A stretch of 64,000 nucleotides of DNA from assembly GCA_963741385.1 (NCBI GenBank), contig CAVUHO010000003.1, positions 257,129-321,128 of the forward strand, written 5' to 3'. Within the stretch, counting starts at the first letter, position 1. Every line of letters starts with the position of its first letter. Under the pieces are notes generated by a model that did not search any database, had not been told where the DNA came from, and was given only the letters and a program-made list of their open reading frames with translations. The translations under genes and the position numbers were made by a program. This stretch comes from Candidatus Sulfomarinibacteraceae bacterium. GTDB taxonomy: Bacteria; Acidobacteriota; Thermoanaerobaculia; Thermoanaerobaculales; Sulfomarinibacteraceae. Shown in pieces: positions 45,555 to 54,907 of this stretch.

Positions 45555-45764
45555 ATGAGCAGCCCGGACAAGCGTGGAAAACGCGTACCGAAGAGTGAAG
45601 AGGCCGAAGAATTCGAGGTTGAAGTCTCGATCCACCGTCCTCGCGTCGAGCGCGATGAACAGAAGGAATACGAAGAGTGGCGCAAAGAGCGGGGAGAGCG
45701 CGGCCGAAAACGGCGCAGCCACCGCGATCACGAGCACCATCGCAAGGACGAGGACGAAATCTGA
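45555..45764 (+). CDS. small highly charged hypothetical protein
   Basis: 69-aa ORF filling the gap, with GAGG before ATG; no recognisable motif. Confidence 0.45.
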   Translation: MSSPDKRGKRVPKSEEAEEFEVEVSIHRPRVERDEQKEYEEWRKERGERGRKRRSHRDHEHHRKDEDEI

Positions 45765-45840
45765 CCGCGCCCCTGTGGCCGCCACCCACCCGCGATCACG
45801 ATCCAGCAGAACTCAAGAGGACGCGGATCGCAGGCAGGGG

Positions 45841-46959
45841 CTAGAACCAACGTTTCCGCCGGAAGTAGATCAGCAGCCCTCCGGCGACTGCCGCCATCAA
45901 CATCAATGCCGCCGGGTATCCCCAGTACCAGCTGAGTTCGGGCATGTTCAGCGGGCTCGCCGCGGTGTTGAAGTTCATCCCGTACAGCCCGGCAATGAAT
46001 GACAGCGGGATGAAGATGGTCGCGATGGTTGTCAGCACTTTCATGATCTCGTTCATTCGAATCGAGATTCTCGTCAGGTAGAGGTCGTTGAGGCTCGCCA
46101 CCATTTCGCGATAGGTTTCGATGATGTCGACAGCCACCGTAGCGTGGTCGGCGGCGTCTCGAAGATAGACCTGGGTCTGCTCTCCGATCAACGGCGAATC
46201 GATCAGCAGACGGTTGCGGAGCAGGTCCCGCGTCGGCCACATCGATTTGCGCAACAGCAGCAGGTCGCGTTTGACAACGTGGAGCGCGCTGAGATCCTCC
46301 TTGGTCGGTTCGTCCAGAATCGAAGCTTCGAGTTCCTCGAGTCGGTCGCCGATGTGCTCCAACACCGGAAACACGTGGTCCACGACGATGTCGATGAGGG
46401 CGTAGGCAAGATAGCCGGCCCCGCCGGTGCGGATTCGGCCCTTGCCGGACTGCAGCCGTTGATACACGGGTTCGAAAAGATCGGAGGCGCGCTCCCGAAC
46501 CGACAGCACGAGGTCGTCCTGGATCACCAAACTGACCTGCTCTTTGGCCAGCCTGGCGCCGGTGCCGTTCACCGAGAAATGGTCGAGAACGAGAAACAGG
46601 GACTCCTCGTAGTCCTCGACCTTCGGGCGCTGCCCCACGTGGAGGACGTCCTCCAACGCCAGGGAGTGCACCTCGAGGCGCGCTCCGAGGTCTGCGATCA
46701 GCTGCACATCGTGTCCCTCGATATCGAGCCACGCCGTGAGACCGTGGTCGATACGGTCGAGACCGGCCGGGTCGAGCAGGGCGGCGTCCGTCAAGACCTC
46801 GGGGTTGAAGGTGACGATCCGCGTCCGGGTCGGCTCCGAGGTTTCAGTGCGCGCGGGAAGCGTTCCCGGTGAGGTGCCCGGAGGGTGCCTCTTTTTCATG
46901 ACCCGCTGGTTGATCTTGCCGGGCCACCGTTTCGGATCGAAGCGTGGTTGTTTTGGCAT
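45841..46959 (-). CDS. corA: magnesium/cobalt transporter CorA
   Basis: HSLALEDVL..GQRPKVE, MNEIMKVLT, GLYGMNF, MPEL. Confidence 0.96.
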   Translation of the reverse strand: MPKQPRFDPKRWPGKINQRVMKKRHPPGTSPGTLPARTETSEPTRTRIVTFNPEVLTDAALLDPAGLDRIDHGLTAWLDIEGHDVQLIADLGARLEVHSLALEDVLHVGQRPKVEDYEESLFLVLDHFSVNGTGARLAKEQVSLVIQDDLVLSVRERASDLFEPVYQRLQSGKGRIRTGGAGYLAYALIDIVVDHVFPVLEHIGDRLEELEASILDEPTKEDLSALHVVKRDLLLLRKSMWPTRDLLRNRLLIDSPLIGEQTQVYLRDAADHATVAVDIIETYREMVASLNDLYLTRISIRMNEIMKVLTTIATIFIPLSFIAGLYGMNFNTAASPLNMPELSWYWGYPAALMLMAAVAGGLLIYFRRKRWF

Positions 46960-47026
46960 GACGCGATTGTAGACCGTTTTCCAGCTTGCCCCTGCGCCCG
47001 CGCGGAGGCTGACGGCTGCGCAGCTG

Positions 47027-47866
47027 TCAGAACAGGCTGCGGCCCATTTCCTCGGCGCGCCGGAGGCCGCCCGACAGCGACTCCGGGACCTCGGCCGAGG
47101 GACAGATCGCGTTGAATCCGCACCACGAGCAGAGGACACCGGGCCGGGCCGGAAAATCGCCCGCCGCCTCCACGTCTTCAACGAGTTCGAGGAACCTCTG
47201 CACCAGCTGCCGCGCGCGGTCGCGGTCCACCTGCTGCCATCTGGTGGTCCCGTGACGGAGATAGTGGTAGCCCGCGAGCGCCTCGTCGTCATCGTGGTGA
47301 TCGAGAACGCAGGCCGCGTAGAGGGGCGCCTGGAGCCCCTCGGAAAACTCGGATCCATCCCCTTCGGTTCGCGAGGTCTTGTAGTCGATGACGAACAGCC
47401 GGCCGTTGTCGGTGCGGCCGACGCGGTCGGCGACCCCGGTAAAGAGCACCGTGTCGGAGAGCCGCATTGACAGGCGTTGCTCGAGGGAAACCGTCTGCGA
47501 GAGGTCGCGGGTGAATGTCTCGTTGAAGAAACGGCTCAGCATTTCGCGGCCGAGGCGGAGGTAGTCATCGTCGGCGTCTTTGACCCGGATGACTGCCACG
47601 GTGCGATCACGCCCGTCCGTCCAACGCCGCGCGAATTCATCGAGAATTGCCGCTTCGCCGAGGTCGTCGCCGTCGCCGCGCCGGGAATAGAGCCACTCGA
47701 GGACGTCGTGGACTGTGGATCCGAGGAAGGACTCGATCGAGCGGAATGCCTCCCTGCGGCCCTCGATGTAGCGGAAGCGGTAACGCAGCGTGCATTGCTG
47801 GAAGCACTTGACCCTCGAAAACGAATACGTGTTGGCCGGGGTCGGGGCGAGGGTTCCTTCACTCAT
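47027..47866 (-). CDS. PD-(D/E)XK RecB/AddB/Cas4-like nuclease with Fe-S-type cysteines
   Basis: YSFSRVKCFQQC, GVADRV..., VIDYKT, LCSWCGFNAIC. Confidence 0.88.
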   Translation of the reverse strand: MSEGTLAPTPANTYSFSRVKCFQQCTLRYRFRYIEGRREAFRSIESFLGSTVHDVLEWLYSRRGDGDDLGEAAILDEFARRWTDGRDRTVAVIRVKDADDDYLRLGREMLSRFFNETFTRDLSQTVSLEQRLSMRLSDTVLFTGVADRVGRTDNGRLFVIDYKTSRTEGDGSEFSEGLQAPLYAACVLDHHDDDEALAGYHYLRHGTTRWQQVDRDRARQLVQRFLELVEDVEAAGDFPARPGVLCSWCGFNAICPSAEVPESLSGGLRRAEEMGRSLF

Positions 47867-47889
47867 CCGGAGGAGTGTAACTGAGCGGC

Positions 47890-48146
47890 AATTTTGAATT
47901 TTGAATTTTGAATTCCCCTCCACCCACCCGGCAGCCGGGACGGCTGCCCCACAACGGAGGCAATTGTGGGGTACGCCGCCCTGATCTTGAGGACAACATC
48001 AAACGCTCTCACGTTTGAACGTTCAACGTTGAACGTTTTGGGGCACCTCCACCGCGCGCGGTCCCACCCACCCTGAGCACTCGAGCGCCTCCCGTCGCCA
48101 GGAAGCCGTCCGAAATTCAAAATTAAGAATTCAAAATTGAGAATTA
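47890..48146. repeat. composite repeat: (AATTTTG)3, core, REP, (ACGTTNA)n, core, inverted AATT heptamers
   Basis: REP at 47930-47954; right arm AATTCAA AATTAAG AATTCAA AATTGAG AATT overlaps the nif3 stop. Confidence 0.88.
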
Positions 48147-48902
48147 AATGGGGTTCGGCAGGTCGATGAATTCGACCTCGAGACCGTGCCGGTCGGTGAG
48201 CCAGCGACCGAGGGCGCGGATGCCGAAGCGTTCGGTGGCGTAGTGGCCAGCGGCGAGGTAGTGGACGCCGTCCTCGGCGGCCTGGTGCAGCACCCACTCG
48301 GTGGCCTCGCCGGTGACGTAGGCATCGAGCCCGGCCGCCACGGCCTGGTGGAACTCCCGCTGGGCGCCGCCGGTGACGATCCCGACCGAGGAAATGGCGC
48401 CGGACCCTCCGGGGAAGACCTGTGGTTCCCGTTCGCACGCTTCGGCGACGGCGGCGTAGAACTCGAGGGGGTCCACGGGCTCATTAAAGACGCCGCACAC
48501 TCCGGTCGGCGCGCCGGCATGGAAGCCGAACGGTTCGAGCTCCTCCAACCCGAGCCTGCGGGCGAGCTGGGCGGCGTTGCCGAGCTCCATGTGTCTGTCG
48601 AGCGGCAGGTGATAGGCGATCAGGGAAATTTCCTGATCGATCAGGATCCGGATTCGCTCACGCAGCGAGCCGACGATCCGGGCTGCTTCGGGAGCATTCC
48701 ACAGAATCCCGTGGTGAACGAGAATCGCGTCGGCGTCCCGGGCCGCAGCAAGCTCGAAGAGCACGCGCGATGCGGAAACAGCCGTCACGACTCTGCGGAC
48801 TTCGTTCCGCCCCTCGATCTGGAGACCGTTGGGGCAGTAGTCGGTGGTGCCCTCGGTCTCGAGGAGTTCGTCGAGCTCGGCCACCAGCTGCAGCAGATCC
48901 AT
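48144..48902 (-). CDS. Nif3/YbgI dinuclear metal centre protein
   Basis: DYCPNGLQIEG, VHHGILW, YHLPLDRH, YVTGE, AGHYATE. Confidence 0.95.
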   Translation of the reverse strand: MDLLQLVAELDELLETEGTTDYCPNGLQIEGRNEVRRVVTAVSASRVLFELAAARDADAILVHHGILWNAPEAARIVGSLRERIRILIDQEISLIAYHLPLDRHMELGNAAQLARRLGLEELEPFGFHAGAPTGVCGVFNEPVDPLEFYAAVAEACEREPQVFPGGSGAISSVGIVTGGAQREFHQAVAAGLDAYVTGEATEWVLHQAAEDGVHYLAAGHYATERFGIRALGRWLTDRHGLEVEFIDLPNPI

Positions 48903-48948
48903 GGCTCATGGTACCTCAGACCGGGAGCGGCAGTAGAATGGTCGGACA

Positions 48949-49908
48949 ATGAGACGATCGTGTCGCGCTGCGGGTGCGGGTCTGGTTGCGTGGATGATCG
49001 TCATGGCCGGGTGCGCGCAGCAAGAACCGGTCGCGCCTCCGCGGTTTTCGGTGCGATTGCTGACCTCGCCCAATATCAGCGGGCGTTGGGAAGCAGCGGC
49101 GGAACGAGGCCTGGGTCTGATCGCCGCCGAGCTCGACGCCGAGGTCGCTCGCCACCGGGTCGGTGACGATCCCGAGGGCGAGGGGCCCATGACGACAGAG
49201 GGCAGAGCCGGCGTCGATCTCGTGTTCTGCGTTGGCGGAGGTTTCGAAAGGGCTCTCTACGCAGAGGCGGTCGCCTTCCCCGCGACCGTTTTCGTCCTGC
49301 TTCCGGGGCGCGCCCGGGCCGCCAATGTGGCCGGTATCGAGTTCCTGCCCGAAGGGGCGGGGTATCTCGCTGGCGTGGTTGCGGCTGCCCTTGCCCCCAA
49401 CCAGCGGGTCGGCATCCTCCGTGGCACGGGGGGGCCGTGGTTGGAGGCTCTGGAGAGAGGTTTCGAGGCGGGCTTTCACACCAACCGGAACCGGGCCGCG
49501 GTCGAAACGAAGCAGGGCGTGGAAGGTGTGTGGGCGCTCAACGTGACCGACGTGGGCGTCGCGCTGTATGCAAGCGACGAACCCGAACCCGGGGTGCTGG
49601 ACGCCGCCCGTGAGGCCGGACTCCGCCTGATCGTGACCGACCCGGACCTGATGGCGGAATTCCCGGACGTGGTGGTGGCGGCGGTGGACGTTGACGTGGC
49701 CGAGGCCATGCTGCGGGTGGCTCGGGAGGTCCGCGACGGGACGTTTGTGGGCCGGGTGTACTCCTTCGACCTCGGTTCCGGTGTCCTCGAGGTGGCGATC
49801 AACAGCGGTCTCGATCCGGCCGTGCTGGGGCAGGCGACCGACGCCCTGGAAGCCGCGCGAGCCGAGGTCACCGCCGGGCTCGTCGAAATCGACCGCCTCG
49901 GGTTGTAA
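48949..49908 (+). CDS. BMP-family (PnrA-like) substrate-binding lipoprotein, divergent
   Basis: Lipobox MAGC; EGAGYLAGVVAA, VGIL.G..GP, VDVDVAEAM. Confidence 0.75.
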   Translation: MRRSCRAAGAGLVAWMIVMAGCAQQEPVAPPRFSVRLLTSPNISGRWEAAAERGLGLIAAELDAEVARHRVGDDPEGEGPMTTEGRAGVDLVFCVGGGFERALYAEAVAFPATVFVLLPGRARAANVAGIEFLPEGAGYLAGVVAAALAPNQRVGILRGTGGPWLEALERGFEAGFHTNRNRAAVETKQGVEGVWALNVTDVGVALYASDEPEPGVLDAAREAGLRLIVTDPDLMAEFPDVVVAAVDVDVAEAMLRVAREVRDGTFVGRVYSFDLGSGVLEVAINSGLDPAVLGQATDALEAARAEVTAGLVEIDRLGL

Positions 49909-49984
49909 ATTTCGGATTTCGGATTTCGGATTTTCCACCCACCCTCCCACCGACGGGAAACGTCCGAGTGCTGAGGGTGGGTGG
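49908..49984. repeat. (ATTTCGG)3 plus CCACCCACC...GGTGGGTGG core
   Basis: Begins at the BMP stop; the core shares CCACCCACCCT(C/G)AGCACTCG with 48063-48082 in inverted orientation. Confidence 0.85.
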
Positions 49985-50085
49985 AGCCACGTGCGGCGGA
50001 GGTGCCATTTTCAACATTGTTGGACACCCGAACACCCACTTCGGCAAGCCGCCTCGTGCCAACAATTTTGAAGGTGGCTCCTCTC

Positions 50086-50137
50086 TTGACAGCGAGCGGC
50101 TATAGACTTATTGTGGCGATATCGCTACATATGTAGC
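50086..50137 (+). promoter_or_regulatory. sigma70 promoter and BlaI/CopY-type operator
   Basis: TTGACA-17 bp-TATTGT (50086-50114); perfect palindrome GCTACATATGTAGC (50124-50137) containing TACAnnTGTA. Confidence 0.8.
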
Positions 50138-50163
50138 ACAGTCATTCGAGAGGACTCGCCATC

Positions 50164-50556
50164 ATGGTCAACCTCAAGGACCTGCCGCAGCTCAACCCGA
50201 CCGAACTCGAGGTGATGAAGATCCTGTGGGAGGCGGACGGCCTGAGTGCGCGCGAGGTCCACCAGCGGATCGGCGACCACATGGACTGGGCCTATTCAAC
50301 GACCCGAACCACGATCGAGCGGATGGTCCGCAAGGGTCTGGTCAGGAAGAACGTCTTTCACGGGCTTCATCTCTACACGGCTTCGGTTTCACGGGCCTCC
50401 GGTCTGGCGCGGATGGTGCGGGATTTCGCGCGCCAGGTGCTCGAGACCTCACACGTGCGGGTGGTGTCGCTGTTTGCCGACGGCGGATCCTTGAACGCCG
50501 ACGAGATCGACGAGCTCAGCCGTCTGCTCGATGATCCGGATCGTGGGGAGGCATAA
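50164..50556 (+). CDS. BlaI/MecI/CopY family transcriptional repressor
   Basis: ELEVMKILWE, WAYSTTRTTIERMVRKGLV, LNADEIDELSRLL. Confidence 0.93.
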   Translation: MVNLKDLPQLNPTELEVMKILWEADGLSAREVHQRIGDHMDWAYSTTRTTIERMVRKGLVRKNVFHGLHLYTASVSRASGLARMVRDFARQVLETSHVRVVSLFADGGSLNADEIDELSRLLDDPDRGEA

Positions 50557-50580
50557 TCGTCGATGAGGAGGTGCGGCATC

Positions 50581-50928
50581 ATGCCCATAGTCGTCTGGCA
50601 CAACCCCGGCTGAAGTACTTCGCGGAAGGCGGTCAGCCTCCTGCGCGAACGCGGCGTCGAACCCGAGATTGTCCAGTATCTGAAGAACCCGCCGTCGGCC
50701 GCCGAGCTCGACCGGGTCCTCAAGGCTCTGGGGATGAAACCCAGGGACCTCATGCGCCGCAAGGAAAGTGAGTTTGGCGAGCTCGGTCTGGCGGAGCAGT
50801 CGCTCAGCCGCAGACAGCTGATCGCGGCGATGGTGGAGCACCCTCGTCTGATCGAGCGCCCGGTGGCGCTTTCAGGCGATCGCGCCGTTCTCGGTCGTCC
50901 TCCGGAAAAGGTTCTCGAGCTGATCTGA
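50581..50928 (+). CDS. arsC: ArsC/Spx-family arsenate reductase-like protein, probable selenoprotein (UGA at 50611-50613)
   Basis: RBS GAGGAGG; MPIVVWHNPG-TGA-STSRKA...VQYLKNPP...HPRLIERP. TGA occupies the catalytic Cys position of HNPxC and the frame continues intact to 50928. Confidence 0.88.
50621..50645 (+). promoter_or_regulatory. SECIS-like hairpin
   Basis: CGCGGAAGGC-GGTCA-GCCTCCTGCG; the apical loop starts with G, 17 nt after the UGA. Confidence 0.65.
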
Positions 50929-50983
50929 CTCAAACCAATCTGCGCCATCTGCGGGCAGAATATTTAGGCAGTATCAGGTGCTT

Positions 50984-51051
50984 CCCACCCACCCGGCAGC
51001 CGGGACGGCTGCCGGGTAGGTGGTGGAATGGAAAATCCGAAATCCGAAATC
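50984..51051. repeat. core, REP palindrome, core and (AAATCCG)n
   Basis: CCCACCCA-CCCGGCAGCCGGGACGGCTGCCGGG-TAGGTGG...AAATCCGAAATCCGAAATCG. Confidence 0.85.
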
Positions 51052-51071
51052 GACTATGAGAGGATATCTCC

Positions 51072-51674
51072 ATGCAACAGGTCCGCGACGATCTTCTGAC
51101 CCTGTGGTTCGGTGACAACCCCGACGACTCCGCTGTAGCGGCCGAGAAGAAGCAGCTGTGGTGGGGCCGCAGCCCCGAGACCGACGAGACGCTCAGCGAA
51201 CGGTTCGGCACGGCGTGTGCGTCCGCTGCGGTGGGCATTCTGGACCACTGGACGGGTTCCCCGCGCGGCCGCCTCGCCCTGATCCTCCTGCTCGACCAGA
51301 TTCCACGCGCCATCCACCGCGGACAGCCCGAGTCCTTCGCGCTTGACGCCGACGCGCGCAAGGTGGCGGCACAGGGGTTGGCCTCGGGGGCGGATCGTTT
51401 GCTGCGACCGATCGAACGGGTGTTTTTCTATCTGCCCTTCGAACATTCAGAAGAGCTGACCGACCAGGAACGGAGCGTTGCACTCTTCCGCGAGCTCGCC
51501 GATTCGGTTCCCGATGACGACCGCGAGACCTTCGACTTCTTTCTCGACTACGCGGTCCGCCACCACGCCGTCATCGCGCGCTTCGGACGCTTCCCCCACC
51601 GCAACGCCATCCTCGGGCGTCAGTCCACCTCGGAAGAGATCGCCTTCCTCGACCAACCCGGTTCGTCGTTCTGA
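51072..51674 (+). CDS. DUF924 family protein
   Basis: LILLLDQIPRAIHRG, FFYLPFEHSE, HHAVIARFGRFPHRNAILGRQST. Confidence 0.95.
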   Translation: MQQVRDDLLTLWFGDNPDDSAVAAEKKQLWWGRSPETDETLSERFGTACASAAVGILDHWTGSPRGRLALILLLDQIPRAIHRGQPESFALDADARKVAAQGLASGADRLLRPIERVFFYLPFEHSEELTDQERSVALFRELADSVPDDDRETFDFFLDYAVRHHAVIARFGRFPHRNAILGRQSTSEEIAFLDQPGSSF

Positions 51675-51700
51675 GCCGTATCAGTGCTCGCTTCCCGGGA

Positions 51701-51917
51701 GGAGCCAGGCACCTCCGCCGCACGCCGTCCCACCCGCCCGGCAGCCGGGACGGCTGCCCCACAAGGGAGGAACCACCGGGATAGTTGTGGGGCACGCGTC
51801 CCGCGTGCCGGGTGTGTGGCGAGTCATTCCAACAACCCTGAGTTCCCGGAACTACATTTACGGTGAATGGTTGGGGCGGGTAATTCCTAATTCCGAATTC
51901 CTAATTCCGAATTCCTC
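51701..51917. repeat. composite repeat: inverted REP pair plus (AATTCCT/AATTCCG)5
   Basis: REPs at 51740-51764 and 51785-51809; heptamer arm at ~51878-51917. Confidence 0.85.
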
Positions 51918-51931
51918 TTTATACTGAGCCG

Positions 51932-52678
51932 ATGACCGAAAACGAAACCACCCCTGATTCCTGCACCGACTGCGGCGGCACCGGCTGGGTTCTGACCCTG
52001 AGCGACGGCGTCGAGCTGGTCCGGCGCTGCAGCTGCGCCGAGGGCCGGGTGCGCGAGCGGCTCTTGACGCAGGCTGAAATTCCCGCCCGCTATCGGCACT
52101 GCACGCTCGACTCCTTCGAGCTGTGGAACGTGAAGGACCCGACCCTGGTGAAAGCCAAACGCCAGGTCCAGGAGTTCGTCGATCTCTACCCGGGAGACAA
52201 CAAGGGCCTCCTGTTGATGGGTTCGGTGGGCACCGGCAAGACCCACCTGGCGGTGGCGGCACTGCAGCAGATCATGAATGAGAGACGCCCGCCGGTGCAC
52301 GGTCGTTTCGTCGATTTCACGTCGTTGGTGCTCGAGATCCAGATGACCTTTGACGGCTCGGGATCGAGCCGGGCGATTCTCGAACCCCTGGTGACGTCGG
52401 ACCTGCTCGTGCTCGACGAACTCGGCGCCGGCAAGGCCACCCCGTGGGTCATGGATCTGCTCTACTACCTGGTCAACACCCGCTACCTCGAGGGGCGGGT
52501 CACCGTCTTCACGACCAACTTCTCGGACTTCACCAAGAATCACGAAGAGTCGCTCTCCGATCGGGTGTCGCAGAGGATCCGATCGCGGCTCTACGAGATG
52601 TGCCGCCCGGTCGAGCTCCGCGGACAGGATTACCGGGCCGAGCGCCTCGCCTCCCGTGAGGGGGGCCTGCGGCTGTGA
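51932..52678 (+). CDS. DnaC/IstB-like AAA+ ATPase with N-terminal Zn-binding motif (likely helicase loader)
   Basis: CTDCGGTG...CSC, IPARYRHCTLDSF, GSVGTGKTHLA, LLVLDELG, RIRSRLYEMC. Confidence 0.85.
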   Translation: MTENETTPDSCTDCGGTGWVLTLSDGVELVRRCSCAEGRVRERLLTQAEIPARYRHCTLDSFELWNVKDPTLVKAKRQVQEFVDLYPGDNKGLLLMGSVGTGKTHLAVAALQQIMNERRPPVHGRFVDFTSLVLEIQMTFDGSGSSRAILEPLVTSDLLVLDELGAGKATPWVMDLLYYLVNTRYLEGRVTVFTTNFSDFTKNHEESLSDRVSQRIRSRLYEMCRPVELRGQDYRAERLASREGGLRL

Positions 52679-54798
52679 GGGGCGCGGCAGCCATCTTCCT
52701 CGCAGCGGCCATCGGAGGGTGCGCCAGCGCACCACCCGCCCCGGCGCCGGTACGCCCGAAACCCTCCGGTCCGACGCCGACCCCGACTGCGACCCTGGCG
52801 ACAAGCCCGACACCGCCGCCGGTGCCGACCAGGGTCCCCACGGTTCCACCGCCGGCGGCGATGCCGGCCCGTGACATGGACCCGCCGCTGGTGCGGGTTC
52901 TGCTGACGAGATCGAGCGCGCCGGTGGTGCTGCCGCAACCCGGACGCGCCTACTGGGTCACGGTCGACTCCAGATCTTCCTGGCTGTGGGGCCCCCTCGA
53001 GTTGACTGTGTCCGCCGCGGGCCCGAACTGGTGGCAGGTGGGAGCGTTTTCGGATGAAGCCTCGGTGTCCTCAGCGATCGCCGGGATCCAGCGGGGCCTC
53101 GGTGCAGGGGTGCAGATCAGCCGGGGCTCCACCGCGACCGGGCTGACGAGGCTGCGCGTGCGGTGGACCGCGGCGGCGCCGGCGGATCCCGCAGCCGCCC
53201 TGGCGGCGCTCGGGTTCCAGGGCGCGTTTAGGGTTGCCGAAACGGGAGCTCTGAGGATCGAAGGCGCGGAAGGGGTGGTTGTCACCGGCGCGGGCGAGTT
53301 TGTCATCGAGCCCGCCGGCGACTGGCCGGTAGCGGTGGGCGACCGGCGCTACCGCGGGATTCTGCTGGCGCGGGCGGTGGGAACCGAGACTCTCGTCATC
53401 AACCAGCTCAACCTGGAGCGTTATCTCCAGGGGGTGGTGCCGGCCGAGATGGGGCCTTCGCAGTTCCCCGAACTCGACGCCCTCAAAGCGCAGGCGGTGG
53501 CCGCCCGCACCTACACGGTGGCGCACCTCGGCGATCACGCGGACGAGGGCTGGGATCTTTGCGATACCCCTGCATGCCAGGTCTACAACGGCGCCGGCGT
53601 CGAGCATTCGTTGTCGAACCGCGCGATTGCGGAGACTGCCGGGCTGATTGCGGTCTTTGACGGTCAGCCCATTGACGCCATGTACACCTCGACCTGCGGC
53701 GGCCACACAGAGGACGCTTCGCTGCTCTTTTCGGGCCGCGCCCAACCATACCTCGTCGGAGTCCCCTGCGCCTGGGAGCGTCCGATCCCGCTGGTGGGAA
53801 CCGGCGCCGACGGACCGTGGGTGTCGACGGTCGATTTTTCGGCTGCGGTGGCCCGCGACGTGCTCCCGCTGGCGCCGGGAGCAGCCCCTGCCGACGTCGT
53901 GCGGATGGTGCAGCAGTTCTCGGGCCGGGTGGCGCCGGTACCCGAGATGACCGGCGCCGCCGGGTATGCGGACGCGCTCCTGGCTGCGGTCGGCGTGGAA
54001 CCGCCGGAAGGGATCGCACCTGCAGCAAACGGCCTCGATCGGCTGCTCTTCCTCGCCGATCTTTACATCATTCCCCTCGACCCGCCGATGAATGGGCTCG
54101 AGGGAGCCTGGCCGGCGGCGGCGGCGCTCGCCGCCCTCGAGCTGAGCGGTGAGATCGAACGGGACTCCGGGGAGGCGGTCCCCCGACCGGCCGGCGCCGG
54201 GATCTTTCCGCGCCGCGCGGAGCACGGCGAGGACCTTCCGATGCCGCTGCCGCTGTGGGAACGATGGAGTGGCGGGTTTCGGCGTCGCGCCGACGCGGAG
54301 GTGTTGCCGGGCACCCTGCTCGAACGGCTGCGGCACGGCGACCGGGTGGTGGCGTTGACCATCGGACAATCCGGCGGCGGCGGCGAGGCGGACCGGCGCT
54401 CGGCGTGGCGCGAGTGGGTTCGCGAGCGTTCGTGGCCCGAGATCGAGCGCTCCCTGGGCGTTCAGAATCTGGAACGTCTGACGGTGACCGCGCGTTCTCC
54501 CTCGGGGAGGGTCATTGGTTTGACGGCAGTGAGCCGGTCGGGCTCGGTCAAGGAAATCAAGGGTTTCGACGTTCGGCGGGCGCTCGACCTTCCGGAGACA
54601 TTGTTCAGCATGAACCCGAGAACCACCCCGGATGGTGAACGGCGCGTCCATTTCCTCGGCCGCGGCTGGGGGCACGGGGTCGGCCTGTGTCAGAACGGCG
54701 CCTATGGCCTCGCCCGGTCGGGTATGGAGTTCGAGCAGATCCTGAAGCACTATTACACTGGGATCCAGATCGTGCGCTGGGCGGGGCCGGCCAGTTGA
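52675..54798 (+). CDS. SpoIID/LytB domain lipoprotein
   Basis: Lipobox GGC; YLQGVVPAEM, LKAQAVAARTY, DLCDTPACQVY, GWGHGVGLCQNGA. Confidence 0.92.
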   Translation: MRGAAAIFLAAAIGGCASAPPAPAPVRPKPSGPTPTPTATLATSPTPPPVPTRVPTVPPPAAMPARDMDPPLVRVLLTRSSAPVVLPQPGRAYWVTVDSRSSWLWGPLELTVSAAGPNWWQVGAFSDEASVSSAIAGIQRGLGAGVQISRGSTATGLTRLRVRWTAAAPADPAAALAALGFQGAFRVAETGALRIEGAEGVVVTGAGEFVIEPAGDWPVAVGDRRYRGILLARAVGTETLVINQLNLERYLQGVVPAEMGPSQFPELDALKAQAVAARTYTVAHLGDHADEGWDLCDTPACQVYNGAGVEHSLSNRAIAETAGLIAVFDGQPIDAMYTSTCGGHTEDASLLFSGRAQPYLVGVPCAWERPIPLVGTGADGPWVSTVDFSAAVARDVLPLAPGAAPADVVRMVQQFSGRVAPVPEMTGAAGYADALLAAVGVEPPEGIAPAANGLDRLLFLADLYIIPLDPPMNGLEGAWPAAAALAALELSGEIERDSGEAVPRPAGAGIFPRRAEHGEDLPMPLPLWERWSGGFRRRADAEVLPGTLLERLRHGDRVVALTIGQSGGGGEADRRSAWREWVRERSWPEIERSLGVQNLERLTVTARSPSGRVIGLTAVSRSGSVKEIKGFDVRRALDLPETLFSMNPRTTPDGERRVHFLGRGWGHGVGLCQNGAYGLARSGMEFEQILKHYYTGIQIVRWAGPAS

Positions 54799-54907
54799 GG
54801 ACGAAGGGGAGTGACAGGTTGGATTTGAAAACCGCCGGTGAGGGATCGTCCGAAATCCGACACCCGGTGATCGCGCGTGAAATTTGGATGCTGCTGGAGA
54901 CCGCCTG

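Noticed and set aside
45489-45785. hydrophobic 98-aa minus-strand ORF as a membrane protein
   Set aside because: Its hydrophobicity is the reverse-complement consequence of the charged plus-strand ORF, which has the better RBS.
47027-47866. cas4 of a CRISPR locus
   Set aside because: No cas1/cas2 or array nearby.
50734-50928. 64-aa ORF as the complete arsC, or arsC as a pseudogene
   Set aside because: Homology, RBS and a SECIS-like hairpin extend upstream through the UGA; recoding is the better explanation, pending sel genes.
51932-52678. IS21 istB helper gene
   Set aside because: No istA or terminal inverted repeats; it has an N-terminal Zn motif and is coupled to a housekeeping SpoIID gene, fitting a DnaC-like loader.
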